Under the pieces are notes generated by a model. That model had not been told where the DNA came from, did not search any database, and saw only the letters and a list, made by a program, of their open reading frames with translations. The position numbers and the translations under genes were made by a program. This document shows, in pieces, positions 1 through 11,131 of a stretch of 64,000 bases of DNA. The DNA comes from an uncultured Planctomycetota bacterium (lineage in GTDB: Bacteria > Planctomycetota > Planctomycetia > Pirellulales > Lacipirellulaceae): contig CAVRBU010000002.1 in NCBI GenBank assembly GCA_963719315.1, positions 1,792,001 through 1,856,000 on the forward strand. Direction: 5' to 3'. The stretch's first letter is position 1. Each line of letters opens with the position of its first letter.

Positions 1-3000
1 CGCAATAGATCGTTAACGAATAGCGGCCGGGTTGGTCGATTTCGACGGCGCATACGCGTGCCGATTCGCGCCAAGTAAGCGGCACGGGTACGCCGTCGAG
101 CATCGCGGTCGGTTGCCAGTTGGCATCGTCGCGGACCAGCGGGAGCAAGATCGCCGTGTCGCGGGAGAGCGTTTCGATCGAGAAAGTTAGTGCCCATGTC
201 CCCGCATTGACCTCCGCGCGGTCGCGACTCTCAACCAATTCTCCGGAGTAACTCGCGCCGAGAAGCAGCCATTGGCCATCGGTTTGGGCTCGATCCGTGG
301 CGGAGCCGAGCAGCTCTCGGAGGAACCGCTCGCTCAAGTAATACTTGGTGCCCGTCGGATGATGGGTCGAATCAATGGGAATCAACACGCGTTCGATTTG
401 TGCGGTGGAAAGTACGGTGCGCGTCGGAGGTTGTGATAGGACCGGCTGAGCGAATGTGGCTCGTGCTAAACCGACAATGGCAGCGATTACCAAGATGCCG
501 GCGGTGCCGATTCGATTGCGAAAGCCATTAGAGGCTAGCTCCGGCGTTAGCAGTCTTCTCGGCCATTCTGCCAGTTGGGAGCACACGAAGCCCCACATCG
601 CGCCGGTTGCCAAAGGTGCGAACGCCGCGGGCAGGAGCAGGGCCATTATCGCGGCAAATGCCGTCAGACCGATCAGCACCATGCCGCGTTCGCGGCACAA
701 CCAGCGGCCGAGTAGAAACGTTGCGAGCAAGATGGCCACTGACCAAGCCGCGGTTGCGGGCGGGTGTAGGACGACGACGGGTTCCGGCGCGCCGTTGGCC
801 ACGAACGTTTCTCGAAACGACTGCCAACCGGGCAGCGATAAGCCGGACAATAAGTTTGACTTGGACGTGCTTACGGAAGTTGTGCTCGATCCAGCCGCGG
901 ACGGGGTAGTTAACGACTCGGAATCGAACGAGACGCGCGGTGCGGCGTCTTTCGGGGCCGCAGGGGGCGGTGTCGGCGTTTCCCAATCGACGAGACCGTT
1001 GATCAGATGCGCCGAATCGGCTGGCCGAAGCGGGTGGAACGGCGGCGCGTCTTTCGCCCGCGCGAGCGGTCCGAATAGCCGTTGACGCCAGCCGAATGAA
1101 CCGTTGTCTCGCCGAGTGTCAGTTTCGGCAGTAAAGCCTTCAGGCAACCAAATCTTCCATTCACCGGCCAATAGAGGAACGCCACTTTCGATGATCGGCG
1201 GACGGATGCTGCTGCCGGCTGAAAGCGAAGTGCCTTGGGTTTCGAAGTAGATCGAGACGGTCGCCGACCGCGATTGAGGCGACAAACGAATTGAACCCGT
1301 CACGGTGCCGCTCTCGGCAATAGACGGACCGAGCGTTTGACCGTTCAGCGAGATGGAGGCCAGCTTTGCCTCGGGTGGCAGCGACGGTTTGAATTTGTCG
1401 GCGCCGTAGTTTTCGAGTTGGTACGTCGCCCGGTGTGCTCCCCGGCCATCCGGCCAATAGAAGGACTCCAGATCCAGATAGCGAATCACGAGGGTACTGG
1501 CGCCACCGTCGGCGCCGGGGCCGATCCACAATCGGGGTGCGTGCGAGGGCTGCAGGCAATCGGTCGGATTGTATCGATATGCGACGCGAATCGGCGACGC
1601 GTCGTCGGTCCGAGCAATACTTGGTTCGACGAGCGGCAAAGAAGCCGGTGTGAGGCCGTCCGACTCAATGGCAGGAGTTACGTTGATACTACTGCGCACC
1701 AGCGCGCGGCCGTGTTGCTCAACGGCATCCGGCAGCGCCAGTAGCGGCACGCTCCCGCGTTTTGGCCAGGCGGTTGTCGTGGAACCTGCGACTTCGATCG
1801 CGCCGGTGGTCGGCTGAGATAATTGCAACCGCCAAAGTTCGCCGTTTTCGGGAAGACCCTTGTATTGCGGGTCATCGGCCGGCAGGCGGACTGCGGCAAT
1901 GGGCAAGTCGGTTGTTTTGTCGGTCCAACGAATGTTGTTGCCGAGTCGCGCTGTAGAGTAAATGAGCAGTCGATCGACGGCGTTCACCTGGGGTTGTGCC
2001 GCAACGTGGTATTGTTGCCGCAACTCGTTGCCGGCATAGCAGGCATCGACCTCGACTTCGGCCGTGAACGCACCGCGCTTGAACGAAAGCTGCAGACCGG
2101 CGCCTTTCCCCGCGTGAGCGAGGTCCACGATCCGGCCGTCTTCGTCGGCTTTATCGAGTAGCTCGCGATCGGCATCCGTGATCGCCTCGCGGCGAGCACC
2201 GGCAAGTCGCCGACCGATTCGATCGTAAATGGCTCGGAAGATTGGAAAGCAAGCAAATGCCGTGCGACGCGCGCGCCGGACCAATGTACCATTCGTAGCG
2301 TGTCGGCCGGGATCGGCTCGGCCAGGCTGAATCGCTGCAGACGGCCCATTACGATTACTGAGATTTTGCGGGCCGGGCTAGCCGCATCCGTCAACTGAAT
2401 CTCTAGTCGCCGGTGATTGCCGCGGCGATCGATGAACCACTCAGCCATGGCGTCAGCCGGGATAGTTTCCACTGTTTCCACGTTCCAGCCAGCGGCAATC
2501 TCGCCACTCAGCCGGTGGAGAGTGCTGTGGGACACGTTCCACTCGGTCACGAGCCGGCCGCTCACGTCCTGGTCGGCCAGGACGAGCGATGAGCCAATGT
2601 TGATTTTGGCATCGGGCTGGCGACGTGAAATCGCAACTTCCAGCTTTGCATCGGGAGAATTCTCGAGCAAAGAATACGTCTCGGGACCCGAAGCGTCGGG
2701 ACCGATTTGAGTCGCGCCAATTTGCGTGCAATCGAGCGGACTCAAAACCTTGAGTTCGAACTGAGCATCAATCGACAACTCTAGTTTGCCGGAGCTCCAG
2801 AACACTCCCTCCGGACGCAATTCGGGCAACTGCCAGGGGCGATCGAGAACGAGTGGATACCATGCGCTGACGACAAGTTGCAGCGGCGCTCGATCGGCCT
2901 CGGTTGGCAGCACGATGACGGCCCGATCGGACGACGAGTTCGATCCGCGGGCAATCTTCCAGCTCAGTTCGCGATGGTCGGCCACGACCGACGTGATTTG

Positions 3001-3962
3001 CGCCCTGCGCGGAAGCGGCACCTTCAAGTCGCGTTGCTGGCCAGCCGAGCCTTCCAAAGTCCAGCCGGCGGTGACCTCAAGCCCGCGCTGTTCAATGCTG
3101 TAACTGGTCGCTTCATGCAGCGCGAGTTGATCGACCGACTCCACCGGTGTTTTACGCTTGGTTGCGATCCGCAAGATGGTATCGGAAGATGGGCTGAGGG
3201 CCAGCACCCAACGACGCCGTGTCTTGTTTTCGGACGCGGCAGCGGACGCTTCCGCAGGCGATTCGAGCACGGTTGCCCCGTCTATCATCGGCACTTTGCC
3301 GTCCGGCAAGTCGAGCTTCAGACGACTGGTTGCGGCGATGGGCGCCCGCCAAGGGATTTCGATCTCATCGTGTTGAGTTTGCGTCGGCGCGGCCCACTCA
3401 AATTCCAGGACGCCGGACCGAGGAACTTCCAACCCCAGTCGCTCGGCCACTCGCTCGGCTGCGCCCAGACTCCGAGCCGCACCGGTTGTTGGGCGGCGCT
3501 TTGCCAGCGCGGCTCGCGGACGGCGAACGACAGTCGCCCGAGCGGCAAGAGTGACGGCTTATCACCGCGGAAAGAAACTGTCCATTGACCGTGGCCATGA
3601 AAGCGGCCGTCATTTTCCAGCGTAGCCACGTATTCGGCAGCGTCGATCGTGGCGGCCGCCCCGCGCGCAATCGCCGCCTGGTTGGCGGCGACGACCCAAG
3701 CCTCGAAATCGTGCGCTTCGACGGGAATATACTTCTCACCGTCTCGCGGCCAGGCTTCGACATTGGCGGCGGGTACGAATATGCGCCGGTAGGCGATGGG
3801 CGACTCGATTGGCGTCGAAGTTTCCGCTCCCGCCGCGGACACAATGGTTGTGCAATGCGACAGGACGAGAGCCATGAACAAACATCCGGCTGCGGTCAAC
3901 GCGGCATGCCGCCCGTGGATCGGTGCGTTCAGGACGCCGGTTCGGAAGTTCACTTTGCGCAT
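1..3962 (-). CDS. Very large uncharacterised membrane/secreted protein, 3' end beyond window, broken by several frameshifts
   Basis: ORFs 3318..3962 and 1984..3450 join near 3450. Protein-like sequence continues in shifted minus-strand frames (shifts near ~2190, ~1745 and further down) through a hydrophobic TM cluster (~430-740) to the window edge. Starts 7 bp after the stop of the upstream giant gene. Confidence 0.65.
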
Positions 3963-3968
3963 AGCGGA

Positions 3969-6900
3969 TCATCGCTCGGAGTCCGAAAGGCGGAGAGAAG
4001 CGGTAGGCGCCGTGCTGGCCGCGGAAATTACGGGAGACATCATGATCGAATCGGTGCGCGGCGTCACCATGCGTTGCGAACTGGGCGATACGACCGGCGC
4101 GATCGGCATGCGGGCTGGTCGCGCGAAGATCCGCGAGAGAACAGCCGATAGAATGGCGAACACCAGGCCGATCGCGGAGGCCTGGGCCAATAGCAATGCG
4201 GCTGTGGGATACGCAATTGCCGCGGCGGCAATCAGGCCGACGCTAATCGCGAGAATCCAATTTCGGCGAGCGACAGGTACGTACAGCCAGGCGGTCACCA
4301 GCGCCAGCACGGCAGCGGAAGCCGCCAACACGATGAGCCAGCGCGGGCCGGTGACCAGCTCGATCGAGGCTACGGGTAGCAGGCCGGTGAATAGATATTG
4401 ATTTTGAGCTTCGGCCGGGGCCGGCTGTTCCGATGCGCCGACCCAATCTTCAAGTTGCTGCTGCGACTTAAGAGGCTGCCGACCCCAGAACGTGGCCAAC
4501 CATTGCCACTGGCTGGCTGACGCAAATTGCTCCGGCGAATATACGATGTGCTCGTCGCCCGGCAGCACGATGTGCCAATACACTTGGGAGAGCGCGGTCG
4601 AGCCTTCGATTTGCGGCGGTGTCAGGCGATGACGGGTCAGCAGGCTATGCCGATAAGGTGGACGGTATCGCAATTCCAGCGTGTGCGACGTCACGATTGA
4701 ATTAGCTCCGTCCGTGGAACTGGCGGCCGGTTGCGGAACTCGGACTACGATGCGGCCTGGAGTGCGCGAGAGCACGTCGGCCGGTTGACGATCGACGAGC
4801 AACTCGAATTCAGCCGTCAGCGCATCGGGCGGCAATTCGATGGTAGTTTGACTTCCGGACGTTCGAAAACGAAAGGCGGCCCGGTCCTGTTGCACGTCGT
4901 TGGACAACCAGGTTTGCAACCACACGCGGTCAACAATCGTGGTAGTCGTTGAGTCCGACCGGCCGGCGCGGAGCGTCAATGGCAAATGCAACTCCGGAGA
5001 ATCGGCCACGAAAGAGTTCGCGGAATTGAGTGTGCTGCTCTCTCCGGGCGAGGAAGCTGATTTCCACGAGGTTTCGTCGCTGCTCGAACTGAGCCCAACA
5101 GCGAGGCTGCGCGGTGCGCGAACTGTGACTTGATGGGACGCAAGCTTACCATCGGCCGGAAGAACGAGTGGAATCCTCCATTCGGAATCCGCTGTGCCGG
5201 CGCGTGGTTGCGGACGGCGATAACGAATCCGAACCGCGAATCGGCCGATATGCGGCTGGGGCAACATGACGCGCAACTGTTGCGTTCCGAGCTGCGATGG
5301 CGTCGCGTACTCGTCGTCGATCGGATTCAAGTGCAGCGGAGTGCCCTGCTCATCGGATTTCGTATCGTTTATGGGATTGGCAGTGAGGAGTTGCAAATCA
5401 AAACTTTCCGCTTCGGGCAATAGGTCATCCGGCACTTCGAAAACGAGTTCCGTGATAGGCTCGTAGCGGACGGTATATTCGATGCGCTGGTCGATTTGGG
5501 CCATATCTTGAGCGACGTCGATCTGAGTCTTAGACTGCGTGCCCACGTCGCGCGACCGGCTGACCCGGTCGGCTACGAAGATGGCGTTGGGCAGCAGCGT
5601 GCGAAAATGAAGTTCGGCCCCGCTGTCGCTCGTTGCCGAGGGGGCCGTCGGCGGGACCGGCGCGGCGGAGATTCCCGTTGAGTTCGACAGGTCGGGCAGC
5701 AGGTCGATGTCGGGCGCCGTCCGCACAATTAGTTCGCCGGTGCCGACAGAATCGGCCACGGGTACAGGCAACGACAACTCGAGCCGCGACGAATCGTGCG
5801 TCGTGGGGCGGCGAAGCGAAAACGCGATCTCTGCGCGGCGCGACGATGCTTGCGCCAGTGGCAACACGAGCGTGCATCTCTCTCTGTCTAATTCTTTTTC
5901 TCTTTCTACCGTGATTCGGTCCTGATCCACTAGCCCGCCTGATTCGACAGGGTCGCCCGTTATCTCCCAGCCGCTTAGATCGACGCGAAATTCGAACGCC
6001 CGCGAACCAAATACCTGGTAGGCCAATCGAACGGTCAACCGAGATTCCTCGGGCAGGCATTCGAGTTCGAATTTCGGCATCACGTGAACGCGCAATTGGC
6101 GCGGCGTCACGCGGACATTAAGCGCCCACGGTTGACGATCGTATTGAAACGCGGCGGTCGGACTAATCGACTGCAATGAGGGATCGAGTTCGTTCGGATC
6201 GACCTGTCGCACATAAGAACCAATAGTCCAGCGGGCTTGCCAGTCGTCGGCCACGTTGAGCGCGACGTCGCCGAACTGTCGCACCGCGCCGAGCACCTCG
6301 AAGCCTGCGAGGCTGACTTCCTGCCCATGGTCTTCGACACTGCCCGACTGTTCGGTGGCCAGGTCCACGATGACGGGGCCTTGTTGTTTTTCCGGCAACT
6401 CCATAACGGCGATTTGTCGGGGGACCTCTTTGTCGTTTTTGGAGGGCGCCGAATCGGGCTCAACTCGGATTCGATACTTCGCATCTTGCCTTCCCGAAGC
6501 TTCGGGACGAGCTTGAATAAGTTGTGCACCGGCCGGCAATCGCACGCGAAACTGGTCGAACGCGCCGCCAAAACTCCGAACGGTCAATCGCGCGTCGCTG
6601 CGGACGCCGCGGCCATCGATTGTAACGCGAATTGCGCCGAGTGCATTGAGTAAGGAGGTAAGAACGGGCGAATCTTTGCTTGTGGATTGCCAAGTGAGGC
6701 GAAACAGCCCGGCCGGGCCAGCGACTTTGATGTTCGTTTCGCCGCCGGCCGTGGGTTCCTGTAAAAGCACAGCGCCGGCAGTCGCGCGAGCCTCGGAGAT
6801 CGCCCCGTCAATCGTCAGGCTTAGTTGCGATTCCAGCGACCGGGGGCAATTGATGGGCAATGTGGTTTCCCCGCCGTCGTGCTGGAGCGGTACGATCAGG

Positions 6901-7574
6901 CCGAATGAGATCGTGCGGTGCTCACCGGCGCGCCCCGTAAGGCGGGCGACGAATCCGCCATGGTCGGGATCGTACGTGAGGAAATCATCATCGCTGTTTT
7001 TCTTAGCGATAGTACCTGTTGCAGCTTTGGTTTTGTCGTCGCTCGGCATGTCGCGGCCGAAATGCGGCTCGCCTTGCAGAATTGCGCCGACCAGGCCGAG
7101 CGGAATGTCGGCCGGGCCGTCGGAGATCAGCCGAACGGTCGCATCAAACTTGAGCTCAGCCCGTTGGCCGTGGGTACGGCCCGTAAATTGGATGGCCTCG
7201 ATCGTGAAGCCGGGCTGGTTGTCGGCGGTATTGGGCTGGTTGAGTTTTTTCCAGGCGGCCAAGAAATCCTCGTAAGTCATGCCGGGCATGGGCTGAGGAT
7301 GGCCGGCGGAATCAAGCAAGATGTATGTGTCGGGTCCGACATACTGTATTCGTCCACCGGAAGGGGCAGCCAACGGCTGCAGGCTGGTATCGGGCGACTT
7401 CCTGGATTCGGTGTCGTCGGCTGCGGCGGCGGGCGGCCTGATGGGTGGGGCAGACTCTTGGCCATTAACGACTTGTGCCAACCACGGAACTGCGAGCACG
7501 ACGGTCGCGATGAACCGCTGCCACTTTCGCGGCGCCGCAAGGCTAATGTCGCGACTGATTTTGGGCTGGTTCAT
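3969..7574 (-). CDS. Large (~1200 aa) uncharacterised protein with signal-like N-terminus and C-terminal TM helices
   Basis: 1237-aa ORF; probable start MNQPK (7574); hydrophobic N-terminal segment, three C-terminal hydrophobic helices. Confidence 0.85.
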   Translation of the reverse strand: MNQPKISRDISLAAPRKWQRFIATVVLAVPWLAQVVNGQESAPPIRPPAAAADDTESRKSPDTSLQPLAAPSGGRIQYVGPDTYILLDSAGHPQPMPGMTYEDFLAAWKKLNQPNTADNQPGFTIEAIQFTGRTHGQRAELKFDATVRLISDGPADIPLGLVGAILQGEPHFGRDMPSDDKTKAATGTIAKKNSDDDFLTYDPDHGGFVARLTGRAGEHRTISFGLIVPLQHDGGETTLPINCPRSLESQLSLTIDGAISEARATAGAVLLQEPTAGGETNIKVAGPAGLFRLTWQSTSKDSPVLTSLLNALGAIRVTIDGRGVRSDARLTVRSFGGAFDQFRVRLPAGAQLIQARPEASGRQDAKYRIRVEPDSAPSKNDKEVPRQIAVMELPEKQQGPVIVDLATEQSGSVEDHGQEVSLAGFEVLGAVRQFGDVALNVADDWQARWTIGSYVRQVDPNELDPSLQSISPTAAFQYDRQPWALNVRVTPRQLRVHVMPKFELECLPEESRLTVRLAYQVFGSRAFEFRVDLSGWEITGDPVESGGLVDQDRITVEREKELDRERCTLVLPLAQASSRRAEIAFSLRRPTTHDSSRLELSLPVPVADSVGTGELIVRTAPDIDLLPDLSNSTGISAAPVPPTAPSATSDSGAELHFRTLLPNAIFVADRVSRSRDVGTQSKTQIDVAQDMAQIDQRIEYTVRYEPITELVFEVPDDLLPEAESFDLQLLTANPINDTKSDEQGTPLHLNPIDDEYATPSQLGTQQLRVMLPQPHIGRFAVRIRYRRPQPRAGTADSEWRIPLVLPADGKLASHQVTVRAPRSLAVGLSSSSDETSWKSASSPGESSTLNSANSFVADSPELHLPLTLRAGRSDSTTTTIVDRVWLQTWLSNDVQQDRAAFRFRTSGSQTTIELPPDALTAEFELLVDRQPADVLSRTPGRIVVRVPQPAASSTDGANSIVTSHTLELRYRPPYRHSLLTRHRLTPPQIEGSTALSQVYWHIVLPGDEHIVYSPEQFASASQWQWLATFWGRQPLKSQQQLEDWVGASEQPAPAEAQNQYLFTGLLPVASIELVTGPRWLIVLAASAAVLALVTAWLYVPVARRNWILAISVGLIAAAAIAYPTAALLLAQASAIGLVFAILSAVLSRIFARPARMPIAPVVSPSSQRMVTPRTDSIMMSPVISAASTAPTASLRLSDSER

Positions 7575-7818
7575 TGCGCCAAGCGGCCTCGCGTCTCGAA
7601 ACGCTTCCAGAGTGCGCAAGAACGCGCGGAAATAGGACAAGGATTTGAGAAGGGAGCACGCGTAGAACCCGCTGAACAGCAATCCGAGTTACGCGGTGGA
7701 ATCTGCACAATTCATTTTACTCATGGCGGAAGCTTCGCGAAACCTTTTCGTCACAAGCCAATTGGCAGGAAACGTGGGAAAACACTCGATTCTCCCTAGA
7801 AGCCGCCGCAGTTGAAGG

Positions 7819-8622
7819 TTACTGATGCGAATAGGGCGTTAGGGCGTCGAGCAGTTCACTGTGCAGCGAAGGAGTCGAGGCGGCCGCAAAGTGGGGGTTC
7901 CACAAGTCGAATTCGGCCCCGCTGCGAGCAGTGACGATCCCGCCAGCTTCGCGGACCAGAAGGACTCCGGCGGCCACGTCCCAGGGGTGAATGTGTGTCG
8001 CCCAGAAGGCGTCGAGTGCTCCGACCGCGACGTGGGCCAAATTGAGTGCCGCAGAGCCGGAACGCCGGACTGCCTGGCAGAGTTGCACAATCTCGATGAA
8101 ATCGAGCAAGTCGGGCGAATGACGCTCAACCCGAGCCGGCAAGCTTACGCCAAGGAGCGAATCGGCAACTCGAGTTGTGGCGCTGACTCGTAATCGGGTG
8201 CCATTGCACCATGCGCCACGACCGGCGGCGGCGGAGGAGCATTCGTCACGGAGCGGGTCGTAAATGACGCCAACCAGCAATTCCTGGCCACGGGCGAGGG
8301 CCACAGAAACCGCGTAGTTTGGGTAGTTATGTACATAATTCGTCGTTCCATCGAGCGGATCGACGACCCAGGTTAATTCGTCTGCCCGCCTCAAAAATGA
8401 GCCAGTCGATTGTTCTTCGCCAAGGAAAGCGTGCTCGGGGTAGCGGGAGGCGATTACGGCCTGGATCGCTTTTTGTGATGCAAAGTCGCCATCGGTCACC
8501 AGGTCGCAGACGCCTTTCTCGCTGGTTTGGAAGCGACCACGCCAGTCGAGCAATTGCTGACCACCGGCGCGGGCTGCGGCCTCACACGTTTCAAGCCAGT
8601 CGTCAAACAACTCACAAGTCAT
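7819..8622 (-). CDS. suhB: Inositol monophosphatase family protein
   Basis: DLVT, GEE, WVVDPLDGTTNY, RRSGSAAL, WDVAAG motifs. Confidence 0.9.
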   Translation of the reverse strand: MTCELFDDWLETCEAAARAGGQQLLDWRGRFQTSEKGVCDLVTDGDFASQKAIQAVIASRYPEHAFLGEEQSTGSFLRRADELTWVVDPLDGTTNYVHNYPNYAVSVALARGQELLVGVIYDPLRDECSSAAAGRGAWCNGTRLRVSATTRVADSLLGVSLPARVERHSPDLLDFIEIVQLCQAVRRSGSAALNLAHVAVGALDAFWATHIHPWDVAAGVLLVREAGGIVTARSGAEFDLWNPHFAAASTPSLHSELLDALTPYSHQ

Positions 8623-8950
8623 GTTTGCACTGCAATGGAAAAGTCTTGCGCAAAGGTGCGGAGGAGCGAATGTATTGATGAGAATGTATCACCACGACGG
8701 CACGGGGAGCACGACGAAAAACTGGAGTCAAATTTATCCGGTTTGCAAATGTCCAGTTCGACGTGCTGTTGTAGTCGGCGGCGGACCCTATATGCGTCTC
8801 GGAGATATTGCGTGAAAACGCCTGCTTTTTTGCTTTCAGCGGTTCAATTGATAAGGTTTGGCTGGGTTTGCCGTAAACTGCTAATCTGTAAGGATTAATA
8901 GCGACTTAGGCACTTCGGTTCAAAATAGCCGAACTTTTTTTGCTCAAACG

Positions 8951-8979
8951 CTGGACACGACAAGCGAAATGGGTATCAT
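8951..8979 (+). promoter_or_regulatory. Candidate sigma70-type promoter
   Basis: TGGACA-N16-TATCAT in an AT-rich intergenic region. Confidence 0.45.
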
Positions 8980-8985
8980 CGTTTA

Positions 8986-9138
8986 TGGGACAGCAGTAGG
9001 ACTTGTCTACCGGGATTAAAGATCACGTTTGTGGAAGGCGATTGCCTAATATTCTTCATCCCCACGCTCGGTAACAACGGCCTCTTCTCTGTTCCGGCCC
9101 CGTCGAAACATCCTTGCGGTGTTCGACGGGGTTTTTTA
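8986..9138 (+). ncRNA. Candidate small RNA or leader, GGA-rich 5' part
   Basis: Lies between the candidate promoter and a strong intrinsic terminator; no long ORF; four GGA motifs in the first ~50 nt. Confidence 0.4.
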
Positions 9139-9140
9139 TT
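9098..9140 (+). terminator. Rho-independent terminator
   Basis: CCCCGTCGAA...TTCGACGGGG stem followed by TTTTTTATT. Confidence 0.8.
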
Positions 9141-9206
9141 GGTTTCTTCGCGCGGTGCCGTGCTAAACGCGAATTCCTAACTCAGTTGCAACTCGAGGCC
9201 TGAGTC

Positions 9207-10013
9207 ATGGACGACACCACAAGCTCACGCAGCGTTTGGTCGCTGCACGGCACGATTGGCAACCTCGATTGTGGCGAACTTTCGGGCGAATTAGATGTTG
9301 CGAGGCCATATCGAGGATTGCACCAGAGTGCGTTCGATCACGAGCGCGTTCCGCTTCTGATTTTCCGCACGCGCAGGAGCCCCGCGGTGCGCTCTGCAGG
9401 AGGAGCGGCGAAAGATCGAAATAGTGATTCATTCCAGTGGCCGTTGCCGGTTGCTGATGCATATGTCCGCGTTAACGATCTCGTCGCGACTTATCACCCG
9501 ACCAACGACTGGCCCTACTTGCCGCAGCTCTATTGGCAAGCCCAGACACTTCAATCGGTCGAAGGCGTGCTGGCCTCGTTGTCGCAATTGGTTTCCGTGC
9601 AGACTCATTTGCTTGACACGTATCCGAAGATCAACATTTCTTCGCAAGTTCCCAGCAATGAGTCTCTTTGCATTACAATTGGCGAAGATGGCCACGCGAA
9701 TATCGAACCCGCAAATCTAGTGACAACGATAGCACCGACCGGATCGACATTCTGTGTGCTGTGGCGAATGTCAGCGGCGCAGGTAAGCTACGTCGAAATC
9801 GCATCTTCTCCCGATGTTCGCCATATCGCGTTCTTGCCTGGTACGAAAGGCGAATTGATTGCCGAATGGCACGTTTTTGCGGACTTTCTTGAGAAGGGCG
9901 TGATTCGCCGAGCGCGCGTGCACGGCGCGCTTTTGCCGCGGAAGAACGATGTGGAACTGGCGCTCGAATGCTGCCGGGCGATAGAGCAATGTCCGCTGCC
10001 GCTCACGACTTGA
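9207..10013 (+). CDS. Hypothetical protein
   Basis: 268-aa ORF, protein-like composition, no recognised motif. Confidence 0.75.
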   Translation: MDDTTSSRSVWSLHGTIGNLDCGELSGELDVARPYRGLHQSAFDHERVPLLIFRTRRSPAVRSAGGAAKDRNSDSFQWPLPVADAYVRVNDLVATYHPTNDWPYLPQLYWQAQTLQSVEGVLASLSQLVSVQTHLLDTYPKINISSQVPSNESLCITIGEDGHANIEPANLVTTIAPTGSTFCVLWRMSAAQVSYVEIASSPDVRHIAFLPGTKGELIAEWHVFADFLEKGVIRRARVHGALLPRKNDVELALECCRAIEQCPLPLTT

Positions 10014-10030
10014 TCCGACCTCGACACAGC

Positions 10031-10669
10031 TTATCGCCGCCGGCGTCGACGGGCGGGCGCCTTGGCAGGTCGGCGGATTTGGCTCGCACCGTTGCCGTTC
10101 GAAGTGCTCGCCTTGTTGTCGGTCTCTCCGCTGTTGGACGATACCAGATGGATCTTGTCCAATTCGACCAGCTCGGCCATGCCGGCTTCGGCCAATTCAC
10201 GGCCAGAAACGTATCGGCCGGGGCTGATCCATTTGCGCATCATTTCAGGTGATACACCGAACAATTCGGCCAATAGGGAATCCATGTCTTGTTCAAGTTG
10301 GCCGAAATGTCGGGCCCATTCCGACGCTTCGGCAAGACCTACGTTCTCTTCACTTTGCCAGCGCATCGGATGAAACAGCATGACGCTGAACGGCGTGACG
10401 ATGCGGCGATGGCAAGCGGCGAATGGCCAGAGTGTGGCCGACGAGCATTCGCCCGTGACGATGCCCGTCGCCTTCAAGCGGCGGAGTTTAATGAGCGTCA
10501 TCAGCGAGACGGCGCAATAGGGGCTGCCGCCGGGCGAATCGAAGTAGATGGTACACTCGCCGCCGGGCTCGATGCCAAGGAGCCGATCGGTCAGCTCGGC
10601 TTCGCTGTCGGTCAGGTCACCGACGATTGCGACTTCAACCGGTCCCTCATCCTCTTCGCGATCGCTCAT
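10031..10669 (-). CDS. ClpP-family protease subunit
   Basis: IYFDSPGGS, GECSSA (catalytic Ser region), MLFHP (catalytic His). Confidence 0.8.
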   Translation of the reverse strand: MSDREEDEGPVEVAIVGDLTDSEAELTDRLLGIEPGGECTIYFDSPGGSPYCAVSLMTLIKLRRLKATGIVTGECSSATLWPFAACHRRIVTPFSVMLFHPMRWQSEENVGLAEASEWARHFGQLEQDMDSLLAELFGVSPEMMRKWISPGRYVSGRELAEAGMAELVELDKIHLVSSNSGETDNKASTSNGNGASQIRRPAKAPARRRRRR

Positions 10670-11131
10670 AGCGTCGAAACCTTATGTAGCCGAAGTGCCC
10701 CAAAGAAGATCGTCGCCGTGCCGAATGGCCAATCCCGCGCAATTTGCCAGTTCCACACGAATTGGAAACCCCGGTGGCCGGGTCGGCGGCCACTATCGCA
10801 ACATGTCTCCCATTCTAGGGAAGTTGCCGAAGTCGTGCCAGTTTTCGGCGATGTTTTGGCCCCTAATTCGTGCTGGCGGACGAATCCACCGGTGTTTTCG
10901 CTACAACCGGCGGTTTGGGTGCTCTCAGAGTGCCGGCATTGATTGCAGGGCAAGCCGGCAGGTACTGGAAGGGGATGCTCCAGTGCTTAAGAAGTCATGG
11001 GCCTGGCGGCCGAAGCTGCGCGTGGTGGTCATTAGCCGGCCGAATGATCGTTTCTCGATGGTCCGCCGTTTGCCTATAATGATGCAAGCTATTAAGTTTG
11101 CTGTCCTATTTGTTGCGTCTTGGGCGAGCCC

